NCBI GenBank assembly: GCA_900617105.1
Contig: UYFQ01000032.1
Location: 372,001 to 436,000, forward strand
DNA: 64,000 bases
Source of the DNA: Hydrurus foetidus
Lineage: Eukaryota
Direction of reading: 5' to 3'
The notes below the pieces were generated by a model, which searched no databases, was not told where the DNA came from, and was given only the letters and a program-made list of their open reading frames with translations. Shown here in pieces: positions 59,289-64,000 of the stretch. Position 1 is the stretch's first letter. The number at the start of each line of letters is the position of its first letter. The position numbers and the translations under genes were made by a program.

Positions 59289-62200
59289 TTAAGACTTACA
59301 AGCAGTTGCCGAGTTTGTAACGCTGCGAATTGCCCCATCGGCAATTAATCCACCGACCCAGGCTGCCATCGCAGCACCAAACGCACTTCCAACTATTGCA
59401 CCCAATGCCGTAAGCGTAGCGACGATACCAAAATAGAGTGCAATCATCTTTGCATCACAAGGGCCACCGGTCAGACTATCAAGATAAATAATCAACCCTA
59501 TTTCGGCTACGGCCAAAGCAATGGTGACACTCAAAGCCAACAGATAGGGTGCGGCAATTAAGGCGCTTCCCGGCAAAAATCCAATCAAAACACCGAGCAA
59601 ACCTAGAAAGCCAGCATAGTCGTCAACAAATTTCCAAAATCCCCCATTACTCCCCCCCTCAATCAAATACCCTCCCGCTCCCGTGCTCGGGTCGATAACG
59701 GTATACCCCGCCCCCGTCCAGCCTGATTGGCTGATCGGAGCCTCGTGAATCGTCACCTCATACCCCGCATCCAGCGCTTCTTGCACCTTGCCCTTGGTAC
59801 TTTGGCTGTGCGCTGACAGCGCTGTGTTCACGATGCCGGGGTTGTTTTGGTACACCGTTGCCGTGATGGTATAGATTTTCTGCCCCGTTTGCGCTGCAAC
59901 AGCAAGTGCTTTCATCGCCGATATGCCCTGCGGGCAGTCGGGCAGCGCCGGGTTCAGGGCGGTGCTGCTGCCCTGAACATTGCATTGCTCCGGGTCGTTA
60001 AAGAACCTCTCTGGGATGGCCCCTTCCAACGCACTCATGTACTGCCCCCTGAGCCGGTTGTAAGCGATCCAGGTGGCGGGGTTGTTGTCTTTGTTCCAAC
60101 TCAGGTTGCGCACATGCCCAATGTCCATGTTCACCCCTGGGAAGGTGACTTTGCGCACGACTCCCCAGCTGTACACGGGGTTGGCCACGGCGTGGAAGAG
60201 TCCGTAAGAGAGTCCTGGCGTTTCAACCATCCCCGCTTGGTTCTGGCTCAGTCGGTTGTGGCTCTCTGATGCGGCGAACCAGCTCCAAATCGTGGCTGTC
60301 AGTATGTCGCCCGAGATTTGCTCGCCGGTGAGTCCTGTGACGTTCCCCGCTTGCAGTTGGGTTTGGGCGGCGCTCAGGCGGTCTTTGAGCTGGGTGAGCT
60401 GCGCCGCACTGATGCCCCCTGCACTGATACCGATGGCGGTAGCTTGCCCCGCTGTGTTGGATTCTTCACTGGTCAAGTCCCACTGTGTGGGGTCGTAGAG
60501 TTCGGTGAAGCCGCCGGTGCTGGGCAGGTCTGTGCCCATGGTGACGGCTTGGGCTGCGGTGGCGACGGCTTTGCCGTCCAGGTTGATTTGGGCTTTGAGG
60601 CGGATCAAGTAGCCGGGCAGGCTGGTGGGGAGTTCACTGGGCTGGATGGGGCTGCCATCTGCGTGGGGCTTGGGCAGGTAGCTGGCGATGAGGTCAGCAT
60701 CGGCCTGGGTGGCGGGGATGTAGCTGAGGGTTAAGCGTTTGCCTGCCAGTTGGCTGGTCTTGGCGGTGTAGGTCAGCACAGGGGTGTCGCTGGCTTGGTC
60801 GTTGGCGCTGGCGTAGAGGCGGTAGGTGAATTGGTGTTGCAGGGCGCTGGGGATGGCGGTGCTCTCTTGCCCTTGCAGGATGGTTTTGTAGGGCAGTGTG
60901 CCGGCCAGCATCTCGTGGTTGCGCTGGGGGATGATCTTTTTACCGATGACGTCGCCGACGGTGCTGCTGGCGCCTGTGGGGGTGCTGTTGATGTAGGTTT
61001 GCAGCCGGGTTTGGTAGGCGGTGAGTTGGGCTTGAATGGCGGTTTGGTTGAGATTTTGTACCCAGCCCTGGGCGGCGTTGACGGTGGCGCCTGTTTGGGC
61101 GGCGTTGAGCAAGGCGTTGGCGTCGAGGGGGACGTTGGTTTTCAGGTCCATGCCGGGGCTGTAGCTGTATTGCTTGTAGCTGGCGTCCAGGGGCACCCAG
61201 GCGTTCAGGGGGCCGTTGGGGTTGGTGTGTTGGCTGGGGGTGGCGTTGGGAAGGGCGTTTTGGGCTCCCCGGCTGGGTGTCCAGTTGACGTAGGCGTTGA
61301 CCCAGATGTGCTCTAGGCGGATGGTGGTGATGCGTCCGGCATCGGTGATGCCTCGGTTGGCGATGCCGCCTTGGCCTAGGAGTTGTTGGGCGGCCTCGGG
61401 GGTGGTGACGCCGCCTACCCAGTTTTGTACTTGGGCTGCGGGCAGTTCGATGGTGCCGAATTGGTAGCGGGCGGGGATGCCTGCGGCGCGCAGGAGGGCA
61501 ATCTCTAGGCTGGCGATGTCAAAGGCGTTGCCGCTCTTTTTGTCCAGGGTGTCTTGGGCGCTTTGGATGGCGCCCCAGGTGGGGACGTAGCTGATGGTGT
61601 TGCGTACCCAGTTGTGGATGGTGACGGGGTTGCGGCCGAGTTCTGTGGCTTTGGCTTGGAGGGCGGGGGTGATCTGGGTTTCGGGGGTTGATGCCAGATC
61701 GGCGGGGGTGGGAGTTTGGCTGGGTTCGGGGGGGATGTTGAATTGGATGCCGCCTCCTGCACCACCACTCACCTGAGCGAGTCTGATTTTTTGGTCAGCG
61801 TAGAGGTTTTGATGCCAAGCGGTCTTGGTTTCTGCGGGTGCTCGGGTGCTGGGGGTGGAGGTGCGCCAGGGGAGTTTTTTGGGGGGGACTTTGGCGGATT
61901 TGGCGGTGGCGCTGTCTTGTGCGGCTTGTGGCCCGGAGGGGGTGGGTTCTGCGCTTGCTGTTTTGAGGGCGGGGTATTGCTCGAAGAAGCGCGACAGGGT
62001 GGCGAGGTTCAGGTCGCTGGGGTTTTGCCGCCATGCGGTGGTGTGGCGGCTGAGTTGCTGGCTGCGCTCGCGCATGGCTTGGGCGGCTTGGTCGTGGCGG
62101 GCGAGGATTTCTGGGGAGACGCGTTTGTGGAGCAATTCGGCCCGGCTGGCTTCGAATTCGTTTTGCGCGGTGGCGCTGTCTTCGTCTATGCCGTCCAGGT

Positions 62201-62582
62201 AGCTTTGCAGGCGTTGCTGTTGCTGGCGCTTTTGTGTCTGGGTTTTACCGGGGCGGGGTTGGCTTGCGGGGCTGGCATCGAGGTTGAGTTCGCGCACCAG
62301 TTCGTGGGCGAGTACCAAGCGGCGGCTGGTGCGGTCTGCGGTGCTGGCGTTGTTTTGTGCTTGGGCGGCTTTGCCGCGTTCTATGTCTTGCTGCATGGCG
62401 GCAAAGCGGTGCAACTGCGCTTGGGCGCTGGGGTTGAAGGCCGGTGTGCCTTTGTCTTGCGCCAACACACTTAATGGGGCCAGGGCGTTGCACAGCAGCA
62501 CTGCTGCCAGCACGCGCGCGACCGGGCGCAGTACCGGATGCCACGGGATCATCGTGTTATCACTTTTCATATGCTCAGCCAT
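59289..62582 (-). CDS. Large secreted transglutaminase-like domain protein with low-GC hydrophobic C-terminal tip
   Basis: Signal peptide; IHNWVRN...GNAFDIASL..LLRAAGIPARY, EHIWV, WVPLDAS; GAGGYLIEGGSNGG junction. Confidence 0.8.
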   Translation of the reverse strand: MAEHMKSDNTMIPWHPVLRPVARVLAAVLLCNALAPLSVLAQDKGTPAFNPSAQAQLHRFAAMQQDIERGKAAQAQNNASTADRTSRRLVLAHELVRELNLDASPASQPRPGKTQTQKRQQQQRLQSYLDGIDEDSATAQNEFEASRAELLHKRVSPEILARHDQAAQAMRERSQQLSRHTTAWRQNPSDLNLATLSRFFEQYPALKTASAEPTPSGPQAAQDSATAKSAKVPPKKLPWRTSTPSTRAPAETKTAWHQNLYADQKIRLAQVSGGAGGGIQFNIPPEPSQTPTPADLASTPETQITPALQAKATELGRNPVTIHNWVRNTISYVPTWGAIQSAQDTLDKKSGNAFDIASLEIALLRAAGIPARYQFGTIELPAAQVQNWVGGVTTPEAAQQLLGQGGIANRGITDAGRITTIRLEHIWVNAYVNWTPSRGAQNALPNATPSQHTNPNGPLNAWVPLDASYKQYSYSPGMDLKTNVPLDANALLNAAQTGATVNAAQGWVQNLNQTAIQAQLTAYQTRLQTYINSTPTGASSTVGDVIGKKIIPQRNHEMLAGTLPYKTILQGQESTAIPSALQHQFTYRLYASANDQASDTPVLTYTAKTSQLAGKRLTLSYIPATQADADLIASYLPKPHADGSPIQPSELPTSLPGYLIRLKAQINLDGKAVATAAQAVTMGTDLPSTGGFTELYDPTQWDLTSEESNTAGQATAIGISAGGISAAQLTQLKDRLSAAQTQLQAGNVTGLTGEQISGDILTATIWSWFAASESHNRLSQNQAGMVETPGLSYGLFHAVANPVYSWGVVRKVTFPGVNMDIGHVRNLSWNKDNNPATWIAYNRLRGQYMSALEGAIPERFFNDPEQCNVQGSSTALNPALPDCPQGISAMKALAVAAQTGQKIYTITATVYQNNPGIVNTALSAHSQSTKGKVQEALDAGYEVTIHEAPISQSGWTGAGYTVIDPSTGAGGYLIEGGSNGGFWKFVDDYAGFLGLLGVLIGFLPGSALIAAPYLLALSVTIALAVAEIGLIIYLDSLTGGPCDAKMIALYFGIVATLTALGAIVGSAFGAAMAAWVGGLIADGAIRSVTNSATACKS

Positions 62583-62663
62583 CCCAACCCCTTGTTTTAA
62601 TTTTCTCGGAGCCTTATCAACACACCGATTGATTGCTCACATCAAACTTCTTCTCTATTTCTT

Positions 62664-63212
62664 CTATTTGGCTTCCGGGGTAGCGGCATCCGCCACTGGC
62701 TTCAAAGGCTCAAGCACGCTTTGTGCCGGTGCCTTTTTCATCGCTTCGGCAACGGCGTGCTGTGCCGGGCTCATGCACTCGTCGGCCAGACGTTGGCCCA
62801 GCTTTTGGTTCATCAGCATGGATTTGTTGGCGAGTTGCAACCACACGGCACCGGCTTTTTTGTCTTCTAAACGTACAGCACCCGTGGACGTGACCACCGG
62901 GAACATGTGGAATTTTTGGCCCTTGGTTTGCACATTGAAGTAACCGGGGTTTTTGGCATCGGCAGCCAGCGTCACGGCAGAACCCAATTCACAAGGCACA
63001 GTGCCCACATGGATGCGCTCGGCAATCGCCAGCTCTTCGGGTGTCAGCGCAGCTTCAGAGGCGGTGATGCCTACGGCCATTTGTTTGGCTTTGCTTTTGG
63101 TTTCAGTGCGGCTCGCTTTGGGGTTGATTTTCTCGTCGCTGTGCTTGGCTGTTTGTGCCATCAACAGGGTGGAAGCGCAGCAGAGCAAGACGGGTAAAAG
63201 CAGTTTTTTCAT
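62664..63212 (-). CDS. Conserved exported hypothetical protein (acnB-adjacent in Burkholderiales)
   Basis: Signal peptide; CELG, TGAVRLED, WLQL.NKSMLM..K.GQRLADEC. Confidence 0.8.
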   Translation of the reverse strand: MKKLLLPVLLCCASTLLMAQTAKHSDEKINPKASRTETKSKAKQMAVGITASEAALTPEELAIAERIHVGTVPCELGSAVTLAADAKNPGYFNVQTKGQKFHMFPVVTSTGAVRLEDKKAGAVWLQLANKSMLMNQKLGQRLADECMSPAQHAVAEAMKKAPAQSVLEPLKPVADAATPEAK

Positions 63213-63266
63213 GTGGGGTTTCCTCGGAATATCTCGGTTGTTATCAAAAAGGACTGAAAAGCAGGG

Positions 63267-64000
63267 CTAGAAGTACGCCAGCGCTTCGGGGGGCAAGGCG
63301 CGGCCGGTTTGGCGGGCGCGTTCCAGCACCTGCCAAAAGTAACGGTAGCTGGCACGGTCTTGCAATTGACCGTTAAAACTGACGGGTGCCCAATCAACAA
63401 CGTCAGCAGCAGCTATGATTTTTGAAGCGAGTTCAATCTCAGCATCACTGGGGGCTAAGGCTTCCAGAATGGGGCGAATCTGGCCGGGGTGGATGCTCCA
63501 CATGCGGGTGTAGCCGAATTCATGGGCGGCACGGGCGGCGGCGTTGCGCATCGCCTGGGGGTCGGTGAACTCTGTGACCACGCAATGCGAGGGCACTTTG
63601 CCGTGCGCGTGGCAAGCAGACGCAATGGCCAATTTGGCACGCACCACCAGCGGGTGGGTGAACTGACCCGCAGACGACATGCCGCTGGAGGGAATCGCAC
63701 CACCGTGGGCAGAGACGAAATCCATCAACCCAAAGCTGAGCGACTGCACGCGGGGGTGGGCTGCAATGTCAAACGCGCGGTGTACCGCTGCCGGGGATTC
63801 AATCAAAACTTGTAGCGGCAAATGGCCAGCAGACGCGCGGTGAAGGGCTTTTTCAGCATAAATCACGTCGTCCACGGACTCGACCTTGGGCACCATGATG
63901 TGTGACAGCTTGTGACCCGCCTGCCCCGCAATGGTGGCGATGTCGGCCTCAAACGCGGGGTGGTCTACCGGGTGGACGCGCACCGCAACGCGGGCGTTGG
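63267..64000 (-). CDS. HpcH/HpaI aldolase / citrate lyase beta family protein (5'-truncated by window edge)
   Basis: PKVES, VLIE, FGLMDF, MWSIHP.QI, DRASYRY. Confidence 0.88.
   Translation of the reverse strand, partial: NARVAVRVHPVDHPAFEADIATIAGQAGHKLSHIMVPKVESVDDVIYAEKALHRASAGHLPLQVLIESPAAVHRAFDIAAHPRVQSLSFGLMDFVSAHGGAIPSSGMSSAGQFTHPLVVRAKLAIASACHAHGKVPSHCVVTEFTDPQAMRNAAARAAHEFGYTRMWSIHPGQIRPILEALAPSDAEIELASKIIAAADVVDWAPVSFNGQLQDRASYRYFWQVLERARQTGRALPPEALAYF

Overview
A GC-rich betaproteobacterial chromosome segment. Gene content and order suggest Comamonadaceae (Rhodoferax-like), which is an inference. The backbone carries cphA (partial), dsbB, creBC/creD, dusC, lolCD, recJ, trpS, kynBUA, rluA, acnB and a citrate-lyase-beta-like gene. 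Accessory content includes a selenoneine cluster (senA, senB, oxidoreductase-fused selD/senC) with a PhnDCE-type ABC importer and an MFS gene, and a ynjBCDF-like ABC cluster with a DedA-fused disulfide reductase. There are several toxin-antitoxin modules, including a duplicated DUF4160/DUF2442 pair and an Rpn gene. An IS621-like IS110 has ends, a circle-junction promoter and bridge-RNA guides that can be read directly from the sequence. Integron-type cassettes with attC sites are present without an integrase, and an inactive-transglutaminase toxin/immunity-like pair is inserted upstream of acnB. The most unexpected signal is a fixed-spacing palindromic motif (YGC-N11-GCN-N6-GCTAY-N7-RTAGC) seen at about 11 sites, 7 of them inside protein-coding genes. 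All calls come from visual motif recognition; no searches were run.
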